Source: Eubacteriales bacterium (GTDB taxonomy: Bacteria > Bacillota > Clostridia > Oscillospirales > CAG-382). Taken from it: DNA of 64,000 bases. Location of the stretch: positions 2,806 to 66,805 of the forward strand of contig JAZSQJ010000038.1 in NCBI GenBank assembly GCA_045537905.1, in the 5' to 3' direction. Shown piece by piece: positions 1 through 8,051 of this stretch. The position numbers and the translations under genes are program-made. The notes beneath the pieces were generated by a model. That model was given only the letters and a program-made list of their open reading frames with translations. It had not been told where the DNA came from and did no database searches. The first letter of the stretch is position 1; each line of letters opens with the position of its first letter.

Positions 1-399
1 TCATTGGGACTGATGTCGTTATTAAAATACAACGGAAAAGAATATGACGGAAAAACACTAATGCTTGGAAGTTTAACTATATCCGGAGAGTTTTTTTGCG
101 GGGCAGAGTATTTCTCGGGGGAGTATGCTTTTAAGGTTAGTTATCGAACAGTAGCTCCGGGGATTATTTTGTACGATTTTGATATTGTAGAGTATGAAAA
201 ACCGTTGACTCAAAGAGAACCGGTCGAGGAAGCTGTGAAAAATCCGACAGCAAACTATAGTTTTAATTTTAATCTAACACCCGATATAGGTACGAATATA
301 TTTGGTGTAGTAGTTGTTTTGGCAACGAGCGCAATTGCGTTGATATTCGGTACTGCGTCCGCTGCGGCTGCTGCCGCTGGTTTTGCAATGGCGGCTTAA
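1..399 (+). CDS. Partial CDS (5' end outside window); hypothetical protein with hydrophobic Ala/Gly-rich C-terminal helix
   Basis: Frame is open from base 1 (track ORF 4..399, TAA 397..399). The C-terminus NIFGVVVVLATSAIALIFGTASAAAAAAGFAMAA looks like a membrane anchor. No family recognised. It lies just upstream of the RHS cassettes. Confidence 0.45.
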   Translation, partial: SLGLMSLLKYNGKEYDGKTLMLGSLTISGEFFCGAEYFSGEYAFKVSYRTVAPGIILYDFDIVEYEKPLTQREPVEEAVKNPTANYSFNFNLTPDIGTNIFGVVVVLATSAIALIFGTASAAAAAAGFAMAA

Positions 400-416
400 T
401 GTTTGGAGGATAACAA

Positions 417-1130
417 ATGGCAATAAAACATTATTTGAAACCGACTGAGGAATTTGTAAAAGAAAATTTTTACGATCGTTTAATACAGAAAGGCTTTGTT
501 CCTTTTAAGAAAAGCTGTTTGCAGTGGGCAAAATTTGTCCACGACGACGTGTTGGCACTTATATGCTTTAATGTTGAAACCCTGGGGGATTTTGACCTTT
601 TTTATGGTGCTACAACAACTGTACAAAACTTGCCCTTTGGTTTAACTCCTCATAATACTTATGTGCGCTATACTAATGAAATGCTTTGGGCGAACAAAGA
701 ACTGCCCAAATACAAAGCACCTTTGTCCCAGCCTCGTACATACGGGATAAAGCTGCAAAGTATAAGTGAACAGCTTGAAAAAATTGTTTTTCCTGCCTTT
801 GATAAAGAAATTACACCAAAAGATGTAGTCTCTTTATCCAGATACATTCCCTATATCTCTTGCTATGAGTATTTGTACGGAGATTTTGAAAAGTTTGAAA
901 ACAAAATTAAAGAAATAGCAAATGACGAAGACAGAAAAAGACGCATTTTGGAAGAGTATAGAAATCTTGAGTTTATAGAACGCCGTTGCCCTTGGAGTGA
1001 AATGGTAATTTACAATAGTGTTTTGGCTTATATAAATCAAGATTACAGTATTTTGGAAAAGCATATCCAGCGTTGCAAGGAATTTAACCTTAAACTGCTT
1101 AAGAAAAACATACCAATGCTGTTCGAATAA
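417..1130 (+). CDS. Hypothetical cytoplasmic protein (possible immunity-type gene; guess from position only)
   Basis: 237-aa ORF with GGAGGA RBS at 405..410, 6 nt before the ATG. No signal peptide, TM segment or known motif seen. The cassette-boundary repeat follows directly. Confidence 0.55.
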   Translation: MAIKHYLKPTEEFVKENFYDRLIQKGFVPFKKSCLQWAKFVHDDVLALICFNVETLGDFDLFYGATTTVQNLPFGLTPHNTYVRYTNEMLWANKELPKYKAPLSQPRTYGIKLQSISEQLEKIVFPAFDKEITPKDVVSLSRYIPYISCYEYLYGDFEKFENKIKEIANDEDRKRRILEEYRNLEFIERRCPWSEMVIYNSVLAYINQDYSILEKHIQRCKEFNLKLLKKNIPMLFE

Positions 1131-1291
1131 TTAGCATAAGCATAACCAAACAATAACAGGAGGACGGGATTTGCGTCCCGTCCCTTGGGGGACAAGCTGT
1201 TGTGATGCCCTTGTGGCGACTTGCTTACAAGCTATAACGGCACGGCTATTACCTACGATGCAATAGGCACCCCCCTCAAGTGGCGTAACGC
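1129..1291 (+). repeat. RHS cassette-boundary repeat, copy 1 (non-coding unit with hairpin plus conserved 5' end of cassette)
   Basis: AATTAGCAT...GGACGGGAtttgcgTCCCGTCC (hairpin 1162..1183)...GGACAAGCTGTTGTGATgCCCTTG.GGCGA.TTGCTTACAAGCTATAACGGCAC recurs at 3680..3827 with few mismatches. Confidence 0.85.
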
Positions 1292-2483
1292 CACGGCGAT
1301 AGAGTGGCAAGGCAGGAATTTGACCCTGTTTTCAAATTCCAACGGTGAGATATATAATTACACCTATAATGCCGACGGCATACGTACGCAGAAGAACGTT
1401 TTTAATGCAAACGGTGATTTTACCGGCTCTACCGAGTATATCTACGACGGCACTAAGCTGATAGCGGAAAGCAGAAGCGGTGACTGGCTATACTACTTCT
1501 ACGACGCAAACGGTGCAGTCACGGGTATGTCCTATAACGGCACTCTGTACTACTATCGCAAAAACCTACAGGGCGATATAACAGGCATCTACAACGCCTA
1601 CGGCACCTTGGTCGTAGAGTACGAATACACCCCTTACGGTGCTATACTTAGCACCACAGGCTCTATGGCAAGCACCATCGGTTCTGTAAACCCCTTCCGT
1701 TACAGAGGCTACTACTACGACTCCGAAACAGGCTTCTACTATCTCATAACAAGATACTACGACCCCGTTGTTGGTAGGTTCCTTAACGCTGATGCTCTTG
1801 TCTCCACCGGTCAAGGTGTTCTCGGCAACAATATGTTTGCTTATTGTTTGAATAATCCAATTAACGGAGCAGATGCTTTTGGGTTATGCTCTACGGCTTC
1901 CGGTATAAAGTCTTGTTTGCAAGGCGGATGCGACTGTTCTCATAACCATTGTACTGCTGAATATATTATTATGAAACATTTCGTTGAGCCAAATACTCAG
2001 TGGATTGAAATACAGGATTATATTCGTGAGCATAATAGAACTATGTTGTCGTCTGTGGTGTTTGAATTGAGATTTGATGCAATTATGTTTTTAGCTAAAT
2101 CATACGATGCAGGACACACTTTATTTGTAACATGGGGATCAAGGGATGAAGACCCTGACTTCACCTACGGTCCGCACATATATGGATGGGCTTTCGATTT
2201 CCAGTTTTGGGATGAAATGTATTATGATGATATAACTTCCGGAGATTTTAATGCCGAATATTTTCATAATAATGTTATTTATCAGACATATAACGTAGAT
2301 GATCCTCGTTGGGACATCGTCGGTCCTATAGGCGAAAGCTGCGGTCTTGTGTGGGGGAGAACATTGTGTCAGATAGGTGCCTTTTTAATTGATGATGATC
2401 CCTGTCATTTTCAAATTAGTGGTTTTTGGATATTAAGAGAGCAACTATACGGAATTGGAAATTGGCGAAATATTAAGGTGTAA
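1221..2483 (+). CDS. Orphan RHS-core + C-terminal toxin cassette 1 (toxin domain resembles LAS/M15 D-Ala-D-Ala-type zinc peptidases)
   Basis: RHS/YD core sequence (YNADGIRTQK, YYYRKNLQGDITGIY, PFRYRGYYYDSETGFYYLITRYYDPVVGRFLNAD) ends in the core-terminal motif NNPINGADAFGL (to nt 1886). The C-terminal domain has PHIYGWAFD (H 2175..2177, D 2196..2198) and DPCHF (H 2406..2408). The ORF opens right after a stop at 1203..1205. TTG is merely the first possible start, there is no RBS and no N-terminal RHS shell, so the cassette is probably silent. Confidence 0.8.
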   Translation: MLTSYNGTAITYDAIGTPLKWRNATAIEWQGRNLTLFSNSNGEIYNYTYNADGIRTQKNVFNANGDFTGSTEYIYDGTKLIAESRSGDWLYYFYDANGAVTGMSYNGTLYYYRKNLQGDITGIYNAYGTLVVEYEYTPYGAILSTTGSMASTIGSVNPFRYRGYYYDSETGFYYLITRYYDPVVGRFLNADALVSTGQGVLGNNMFAYCLNNPINGADAFGLCSTASGIKSCLQGGCDCSHNHCTAEYIIMKHFVEPNTQWIEIQDYIREHNRTMLSSVVFELRFDAIMFLAKSYDAGHTLFVTWGSRDEDPDFTYGPHIYGWAFDFQFWDEMYYDDITSGDFNAEYFHNNVIYQTYNVDDPRWDIVGPIGESCGLVWGRTLCQIGAFLIDDDPCHFQISGFWILREQLYGIGNWRNIKV

Positions 2484-2501
2484 ATAAAGGAGACGTGTGG
2501 T

Positions 2502-3668
2502 ATGAAAAGATGCATAGGACTATTATTACTACTGGCAATTATCGTTTCTTTAGGCTCTTGTACCGCTGAAACCGACAATGTCGGTTCGTCAGAACAAAGC
2601 CTTCACTCCTCTTACGTTTCAGCCGAAAACGAAAAGATAGGCAAGTTCGGTGGCGAGTATACCTTTGATTATCACTATGCCCAAACGCCTGACAACTTCT
2701 TTTACGTAAAGGCATCTATCGGCGGCGATAAAGACGACGGAGTGGTACGCGTTTCAAAGTCTGACTTTGCCGACAAAGCCATGATAGTATCAAAGGCGGC
2801 TTTTGGAGTGGCAGAGGGTGACCGTTTGTATGCCGACGTTGTAGGCGTTACCTCGAAATGGCTGTACGTGGCTGTATCAAACGCTTCGGGCTCAGATGAT
2901 GTATATGGACTTTCCCACGACGGCAGCACAAAAGAAAAGCTGCTTGAAAACGTAAAGTCTGTGTATTTCCACATGGGAAGCGGGAGTCTTTATTTTACGC
3001 AAAACGATGAGGACGGCATAGGGCATCTGTATTCTTTAGACCTTATAACCGATGTGACAACGGAAGTTGATACGGGTGAATATACTGTTAGCGGTCTTCG
3101 TTGGTGTAGGCTAAAGGGCGATAGAATAGGATTCCTTAATTATCCCAACAGCATTATTGTTGATGCCGACGGCAAGATAGACGTGATGCAGACAATACCC
3201 TCCGATGAAATGGCGGAAAAATGCTCCGGCAGAGACGAATCACTTAAAGAAAAGGTAGAGGGCTTTGTAGAGGATGGGCGTGAGCTTGTGAGTTATGCCG
3301 AGTGTGGCGATTATATCTATTACATAGATAAAGGCACAGATGGCAAGACTACTGTGCTTAACCGCATAGACGCGGACGGAACGGATAAAGCCGTGCTCAA
3401 AGAAAACACCGAGGTTATTGAGTTGTATTCTTATGAAGGTGTGCTGTACGGAGATATTACCGATGGCGATGTTGCTTACTTGGTTAAGGTAAGTAATAGC
3501 GGCGAGGTTACACATACCGAAGCTGTCACAGGCGTTGGACAATGGGGCAATATCAAGATAGAAGATGGATTGTTTATCAGGACGTATGAAGTAGTTCCTC
3601 ACAACCCTTCTCTCGTTTACGTTTATAATCCACAAACAGGACAGGTAGTTATGAGGAGTATTAGCTAA
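2502..3668 (+). CDS. Lipoprotein with beta-propeller-like repeats (DUF5050-like, tentative); putative extracytoplasmic immunity protein for cassette 1
   Basis: Signal peptide with lipobox (MKRCIGLLLLLAIIVSLGS|C) and AAGGAG RBS upstream. Has recurring motifs of the type LYSLDLITD and YIYYIDKGTDGKTTVLNRIDADGTDKAVL. Lies immediately downstream of the toxin cassette. Confidence 0.75.
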   Translation: MKRCIGLLLLLAIIVSLGSCTAETDNVGSSEQSLHSSYVSAENEKIGKFGGEYTFDYHYAQTPDNFFYVKASIGGDKDDGVVRVSKSDFADKAMIVSKAAFGVAEGDRLYADVVGVTSKWLYVAVSNASGSDDVYGLSHDGSTKEKLLENVKSVYFHMGSGSLYFTQNDEDGIGHLYSLDLITDVTTEVDTGEYTVSGLRWCRLKGDRIGFLNYPNSIIVDADGKIDVMQTIPSDEMAEKCSGRDESLKEKVEGFVEDGRELVSYAECGDYIYYIDKGTDGKTTVLNRIDADGTDKAVLKENTEVIELYSYEGVLYGDITDGDVAYLVKVSNSGEVTHTEAVTGVGQWGNIKIEDGLFIRTYEVVPHNPSLVYVYNPQTGQVVMRSIS

Positions 3669-3679
3669 AAAGGCTTTAT

Positions 3680-3827
3680 AATTAGCATCACAACAGGGGA
3701 CGGGATTTGCGTCCCGTCCTCTAGTGGACAAGCTGTTGTGATACCCTTGGGGCGATTTGCTTACAAGCTATAACGGCACTGCTATTACCTATGATGCAAT
3801 AGGTAATCCTCTAAAGTGGCGTAATGC
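3680..3827 (+). repeat. RHS cassette-boundary repeat, copy 2
   Basis: Same unit as 1129..1291, including the identical hairpin GGACGGGAtttgcgTCCCGTCC at 3698..3719 and the conserved cassette 5' end. Confidence 0.85.
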
Positions 3828-4914
3828 TCAGATGATAGAGTGGTACGGCAGGCAAATGACCCTGTTTGCAAATACCAACGGCTATATTACGTCCTACGTT
3901 TACAACTCTGACGGTATACGTACGCAAAAGCTACACTACGATGAAACCGCAGAGCATGTAGGTACTACCAAGTATACCCTTGACGGTAACAAGATAGTAG
4001 CGGAAAACCGCCTTGGAACGAACATATATTATACCTATGACGACAAAGGCGCCATAATGGGTATGGTATACGGCGGCTACAGCTACGTGTTCTCCAAAAA
4101 CCTACAGGGTGACGTTATAGGCATCTATAACGAAAACAGACAGCTTGTCGCAAAGTATGAATACAGCGCTTTCGGTGAGATAACTGCTATTACCGATGCA
4201 AATGGTAATGATGTTTCTGCTAACGCATCACATATCGCCAATGTTAATCCTTTTAGATATCGTGGCTACTACTACGATACCGATACAGGCTTCTACTATC
4301 TGCAATCCCGCTATTATGACCCTGTTGTTGGTAGGTTCCTTAACGCTGATGCGTATGTTTCCACGGGACAAGGCATTCTCGGCAACAATATGTTTGCTTA
4401 TTGTTTGAACAATCCAGTCAATATGATTGACATTGACGGTCAAGATCCTATTCCACAGTGGGCAATCAGAATAATTCAAGGAGATGGAACGGAAGAGGAT
4501 TATAAAAAGGCTTTGTCTGTTAACGCAGATGCTTGGGAAGGTGGCGCAAGAATATCGGTAGATAGGGCGATCGAAATTGCATACAGCAAGTATAATCAAA
4601 TGCGACAAGATTATATGGCTAATACTCCAAAATGCTACCATGGACTTTTTCCGACCGTTGAAGAAACGGTAGCGAGATGCCGTGTTGAACGAGCTTTTGA
4701 GTACTGGCGTACTAAATTGAAAGAATCAGACTTTAGTGTGTTAACAACTGCAAAGGCGGCTGTTAGCATAGGCACGGGGATGTACAACATAGGAAAAGGT
4801 ACAGGTTTGCTTTTAACTCCGGAGCCAACGATGGTTACCAAGGCAAAAGGAATATATTATATTGTTTCTGGAGTTATACGAATGGTGAAAGGAATAGCTC
4901 AAGCAATTGAATAG
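3757..4914 (+). CDS. Orphan RHS-core + C-terminal toxin cassette 2 (toxin domain of unknown family with Gly-rich hydrophobic tail)
   Basis: The N-terminus LTSYNGTAITYDAIGNPLKWRNA is near-identical to cassette 1. Same RHS core (PFRYRGYYYDTDTGFYYLQSRYYDPVVGRFLNAD), ending NNPVNMIDIDGQ (to nt 4443). The 157-aa C-terminal domain is unrelated to cassette 1 and ends AAVSIGTGMYNIGKGTGLLLTPEP..GIYYIVSGVIRMVKGIAQAIE. No RBS before the TTG. Confidence 0.8.
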   Translation: MLTSYNGTAITYDAIGNPLKWRNAQMIEWYGRQMTLFANTNGYITSYVYNSDGIRTQKLHYDETAEHVGTTKYTLDGNKIVAENRLGTNIYYTYDDKGAIMGMVYGGYSYVFSKNLQGDVIGIYNENRQLVAKYEYSAFGEITAITDANGNDVSANASHIANVNPFRYRGYYYDTDTGFYYLQSRYYDPVVGRFLNADAYVSTGQGILGNNMFAYCLNNPVNMIDIDGQDPIPQWAIRIIQGDGTEEDYKKALSVNADAWEGGARISVDRAIEIAYSKYNQMRQDYMANTPKCYHGLFPTVEETVARCRVERAFEYWRTKLKESDFSVLTTAKAAVSIGTGMYNIGKGTGLLLTPEPTMVTKAKGIYYIVSGVIRMVKGIAQAIE

Positions 4915-4926
4915 AGGTGAAATCAT

Positions 4927-5088
4927 ATGAAAAAATCAGACATTATCCATTCCATTCTATTGGTACTTTCCATAGTTCTTTCTGCAATAACGATAGCGAA
5001 TAATGGTGCAGACGTTTGGGATTGGATTATTATAGTAGATTCAGGCGTTATCTTATCATTCTTGCTTTATAAACTAATGAAGCGGTGA
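4927..5088 (+). CDS. Small 2-TM membrane protein, 53 aa (not in ORF track); putative immunity protein for cassette 2
   Basis: ATG at 4927, 12 nt after the toxin stop, preceded by AGAGGTGA. Translation: MKKSDIIHSILLVLSIVLSAITIANNGADVWDWIIIVDSGVILSFLLYKLMKR. It has two hydrophobic helices, and TGA is at 5086..5088. Confidence 0.6.
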   Translation: MKKSDIIHSILLVLSIVLSAITIANNGADVWDWIIIVDSGVILSFLLYKLMKR

Positions 5089-5092
5089 TGTT

Positions 5093-5157
5093 AATTAGTC
5101 CCAAACGAACACAGGGGACGGTTCTCTGGAACACAGGGGACGGTTCTCTGTGTTCCC
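5093..5157 (+). repeat. Third, cassette-less boundary element with perfect 22-nt tandem duplication and hairpin
   Basis: Starts AATTAG..ACAGGGGACGG like the other boundary units. GAACACAGGGGACGGTTCTCTG occurs twice in tandem (5107..5128, 5129..5150). The stem GGAACACAG/CTGTGTTCC closes at 5156. Confidence 0.8.
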
Positions 5158-5211
5158 TATATTAAAAGAGCATCAAGGCTTGTCACCCTTGGGTGTAAAG
5201 GTAACTTCTTC

Positions 5212-5241
5212 TTGACAATTTTCGGGGGGGGGTGATATAAT
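5212..5241 (+). promoter_or_regulatory. Sigma-A-type promoter with G9 homopolymer in the spacer
   Basis: TTGACA (5212..5217), 18-nt spacer containing GGGGGGGGG (5224..5232), then TGaTATAAT (5233..5241). Lies 82 nt upstream of the ATG at 5324. Confidence 0.6.
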
Positions 5242-5323
5242 TTTAATAGAGGGAAAATTGTTTAACTTTTAGCTCACGGGAACTTGATTTTATGCAGTAT
5301 AATAAAAGGAAAGGGGTAGTGCT

Positions 5324-5788
5324 ATGTATAGAGCAGAAGAAGGCAGAACAGACCTGAGAAGAAAAGAGCTGTTAAGCGCTATAATTATGCTTATATCTAC
5401 TGCTGTTTTGTCGCTTTTTATCTGGGCGACGGTATCCAGATACGGAGTGAGCGTGCCTTATGTGGGCGTGTACGTTTTGTGGTTTGCCCTTAGCGTTTAT
5501 TTTACAAAAGCCTACCTGTTTTTAACGCCTCGCAAACGCTTTGGCACCGTGACTGATATAAAGGATTTCAAGGAAACTTATATTAGGAGCCACGGCGGAG
5601 CTAACGGCTTGGAAACGTATAGCGGGATGGGCGTTGTTGAATGTACCCTTGCTATCGCTTTTGATAACGGTAAGGAGGGAGACTTTGTTTTCGTTCACAA
5701 GGGCGACCTTAAAACACTTAAGGTTGGTGACCGTGTTGGAATCTTCCGTTTTCTTAGAATGCCTGTATGGGAAACCAACCCAAATTAA
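5324..5788 (+). CDS. Hypothetical membrane protein (2 TM N-terminal, small soluble C-domain)
   Basis: 154-aa ORF with AGGAAAGGGG RBS. TM segments LLSAIIMLISTAVLSLFIWATV and VGVYVLWFALSVYFTKAYLFL. No family recognised. Confidence 0.6.
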   Translation: MYRAEEGRTDLRRKELLSAIIMLISTAVLSLFIWATVSRYGVSVPYVGVYVLWFALSVYFTKAYLFLTPRKRFGTVTDIKDFKETYIRSHGGANGLETYSGMGVVECTLAIAFDNGKEGDFVFVHKGDLKTLKVGDRVGIFRFLRMPVWETNPN

Positions 5789-5905
5789 TGATGAAGCACA
5801 AACCGCCGAGGAGCTAAATGTTCCGCCCCACCTGCGGTAAATACGACACCTGCGTTATGGTTGAAAACGAAGAGGACAAATACAAAAACGTTTAATAAGC
5901 AAAAA

Positions 5906-5939
5906 AGCCGAAGCGCCTGAAACAACAGGAACTTCGGCT
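5906..5939 (+). terminator. Hairpin, probable terminator
   Basis: AGCCGAAG-cg-CCTG aaacaa CAGG-aa-CTTCGGCT. There is no clean T-run after it. Confidence 0.45.
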
Positions 5940-6173
5940 TCAGACTGCGGACTTTTAGCTTTGTAAGCGGTCTGAATGCCTTTCGTTGTAAAACGGGAGG
6001 TGTTTTTTTGTAAGAATGGATTTATCGTAAGCGATTTTTGGTTTTTGTATTTACTTGACAATTATTTTATGATAAAATAAACGCAGTACGTTTGTATAAC
6101 TACTTATATAGCATCGAAAATCGAAGATATATCCTATAAGGATTTACCTTTATAATCCAAAAGCAAAGGAGGT

Positions 6174-6728
6174 GTGGTTTTGAAAGACAATCCCAAGCCA
6201 AGCTTTATTTTAACCAATGACCAAAGGGAGTTTATAGAGAATTTGTTGACAAAAAACGAATCAGCTATAAAACATATGATTCGGAAAACTCTTGGAGATA
6301 AGCACGGGCATTTGATTGAGGAGTGTATTAGTGAGCTGTGTTTGCTTATGTGCGAAAAAATATCTGTACTTGAGGCTCATCCCAATCCGGCGGCTTGGGT
6401 TATAGTTTCTGCAAAGCTAACGGCGTTTACGGTGATAAATAACAATAAAAAGGGCGCTAACTCCTTTCCGTTAGAGCAAGCCAAGATAATCGGGCCCGAT
6501 GCAACCTTTGAAGAGGCTTTGTATAGCATTTGGCTACAAAATGGCACTCCGCAAAAGCTTTTAGATACGCTGACCAAGCGTGAAAAGCAAATATATCAGA
6601 GTTTATATATAGAAAAGAAAACTGCAGAAGCCACAGCAAGGGAGCTTGGTTTAACTCCCAGCACGGTCAGAAACGTTAAGAAAACCATAAAAGATAAGAT
6701 TTTAGATCAAATAAAGAAAAATATTTGA
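6174..6728 (+). CDS. Sigma-70 family RNA polymerase sigma factor (small, ECF-like, regions 2 and 4)
   Basis: C-terminal region-4 HTH: TKREKQIYQSLYIEKKTAEATARELGLTPSTVRNVKKTIKDKI. Region-2-like segment HPNPAAWVIVSAKLTAFTVI. GGAGGTG RBS; start is GTG 6174 or TTG 6180. Confidence 0.8.
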   Translation: MVLKDNPKPSFILTNDQREFIENLLTKNESAIKHMIRKTLGDKHGHLIEECISELCLLMCEKISVLEAHPNPAAWVIVSAKLTAFTVINNNKKGANSFPLEQAKIIGPDATFEEALYSIWLQNGTPQKLLDTLTKREKQIYQSLYIEKKTAEATARELGLTPSTVRNVKKTIKDKILDQIKKNI

Positions 6729-6746
6729 AAAAATAAAAAAATTTTC

Positions 6747-6776
6747 TAGACGTTTTCCGTGTTTTGTACATATTAA
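6747..6776 (+). promoter_or_regulatory. Promoter-like motif, copy 1 (TAGACGTTT-N12-ACA..T)
   Basis: TAGACGTTTTCCGTGTTTTGTACATATTAA lies between the sigma stop and the anti-sigma-like ATG. By my count it matches 8497..8526 at 23 of 30 positions. Confidence 0.4.
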
Positions 6777-6794
6777 TAAGTGAGGAGGGATTTA

Positions 6795-7625
6795 ATGGAT
6801 AAAAAAGAACTTGAAAACCTTACGCTTGGTGAGATAAGAGCTATGCTTGCCGCCGGCGACCTTGCTTTGCAAGACTTAGACACGGCTACCCTGGAAAAGC
6901 TTGTGGACAGTGAGACTGATATGCTTTGTTTGGGAGAGGGCGACGTTGATTTTATAAGCGAATGCGCGGAGATACTCAGTGAGAGACAAACGGACATAAT
7001 GTCTCACGAGGACTTTATGGCGATTGTTAACAAGACCTTGGAGAAACACACCGTACCTGCACGCAAGCGTTTTGGTATGAAGCGTGCCCTTATAATAGCG
7101 GCGGCTGTTGCTACGCTTATAATCGGCGGCACCGTGGTTGCCTCTGCCCTTGGGTTTAATTTGTTTGATTATATCGGCAAAATGGCTATGTCTTCCGATG
7201 GAACCAAGTATAACGAGGGCGATTACACCTTCTTCAATCAGGGCGAAGCCAGAGAATACGCAACGATAAAAGAAGCAGTAGAAAAAGAAAGCTTAAATAT
7301 TATGTATCCCGCATCCTTCCCTGAGGGTATTACGTTTGACAGCGTGAAAGTAACCAACAGTTACAGAGGCGGTAAGTGGATATTTATAGGCTCTGATAAA
7401 GACGAAGTAAATATATTAATTGAGACGGAGCTTTTGCCTACCGAGGGTGCCTTTGAGACCGAAGACCTTTATATGCACGGTGGCGTTGGATATGTTATGC
7501 ATAAACCTACAGCCTATGAATACGGAGCCTACACCAACGTTGATAACTGTGGATATACTATACAGGCAAATGAATACGAGGACTTGATTTATATAATTGA
7601 AAATATGGAGGAGTATAAACAATGA
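6795..7625 (+). CDS. Anti-sigma-factor-like single-pass membrane protein (DUF4367-type extracellular domain, tentative)
   Basis: ATG 6795 follows GAGGAGGG RBS; the track start GTG 6780 contains that RBS. Has a cytoplasmic N-domain, one TM (ALIIAAAVATLIIGGTVVASALGF) and an extracytoplasmic C-domain. Lies directly downstream of the sigma gene. Confidence 0.65.
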   Translation: MDKKELENLTLGEIRAMLAAGDLALQDLDTATLEKLVDSETDMLCLGEGDVDFISECAEILSERQTDIMSHEDFMAIVNKTLEKHTVPARKRFGMKRALIIAAAVATLIIGGTVVASALGFNLFDYIGKMAMSSDGTKYNEGDYTFFNQGEAREYATIKEAVEKESLNIMYPASFPEGITFDSVKVTNSYRGGKWIFIGSDKDEVNILIETELLPTEGAFETEDLYMHGGVGYVMHKPTAYEYGAYTNVDNCGYTIQANEYEDLIYIIENMEEYKQ

Positions 7626-8026
7626 AGAGAATAGTTAACGTTTTATTATGTGTGATTTTACTTATGACGGCAGGCTTTGCCGTTTCTGCCACAGGTGATA
7701 ACGGCGTTTATAATTATGAGATAAACGGTGAAGAATACACGGTTAGCTTTGAGGATGAAAGCCTTTCTGCCGATACCAAGCAAATTATTGCAGAAAGCCT
7801 TGTGGGACTTAGAGACGGTTCCGCACAGACCTACGGCTTGGGCTGCACCCTTTTCGGCCACGACTATATTACAAAGCAGGTTTCGGTTATTCATCATAAG
7901 GTAAGAACTATTGTGCCCAGATGCGATTTGAAACTATACAATGTTACTATTTGCGAGGACTGCGATTATATCAAGTCACAAACTCTTTATTCTACTAATT
8001 CGATTGACTGCTGCCCCAAGGACTAA
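7622..8026 (+). CDS. Secreted Cys-rich hypothetical protein
   Basis: ATGA overlap with the upstream gene. Signal peptide MKRIVNVLLCVILLMTAGFAVSA. Eight Cys in the mature part. Confidence 0.6.
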   Translation: MKRIVNVLLCVILLMTAGFAVSATGDNGVYNYEINGEEYTVSFEDESLSADTKQIIAESLVGLRDGSAQTYGLGCTLFGHDYITKQVSVIHHKVRTIVPRCDLKLYNVTICEDCDYIKSQTLYSTNSIDCCPKD

Positions 8027-8051
8027 TTGAAATACATAATGCGAGGATACT

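Noticed and set aside
5818-5895. 25-aa ORF MFRPTCGKYDTCVMVENEEDKYKNV between gene 5324..5788 and the hairpin at 5906
   Set aside because: It has only a weak, closely spaced AGGAG, is very short and shows no recognisable family. It is kept as a note only; ribosome profiling would be needed.
6055-6100. TTGACA at 6055..6060 as the -35 of the sigma-factor gene promoter
   Set aside because: No acceptable -10 hexamer sits at 16-18 nt (TAAACG at 17 nt; TGaTAAAAT only 12 nt away). The promoter call is not supportable without TSS data.
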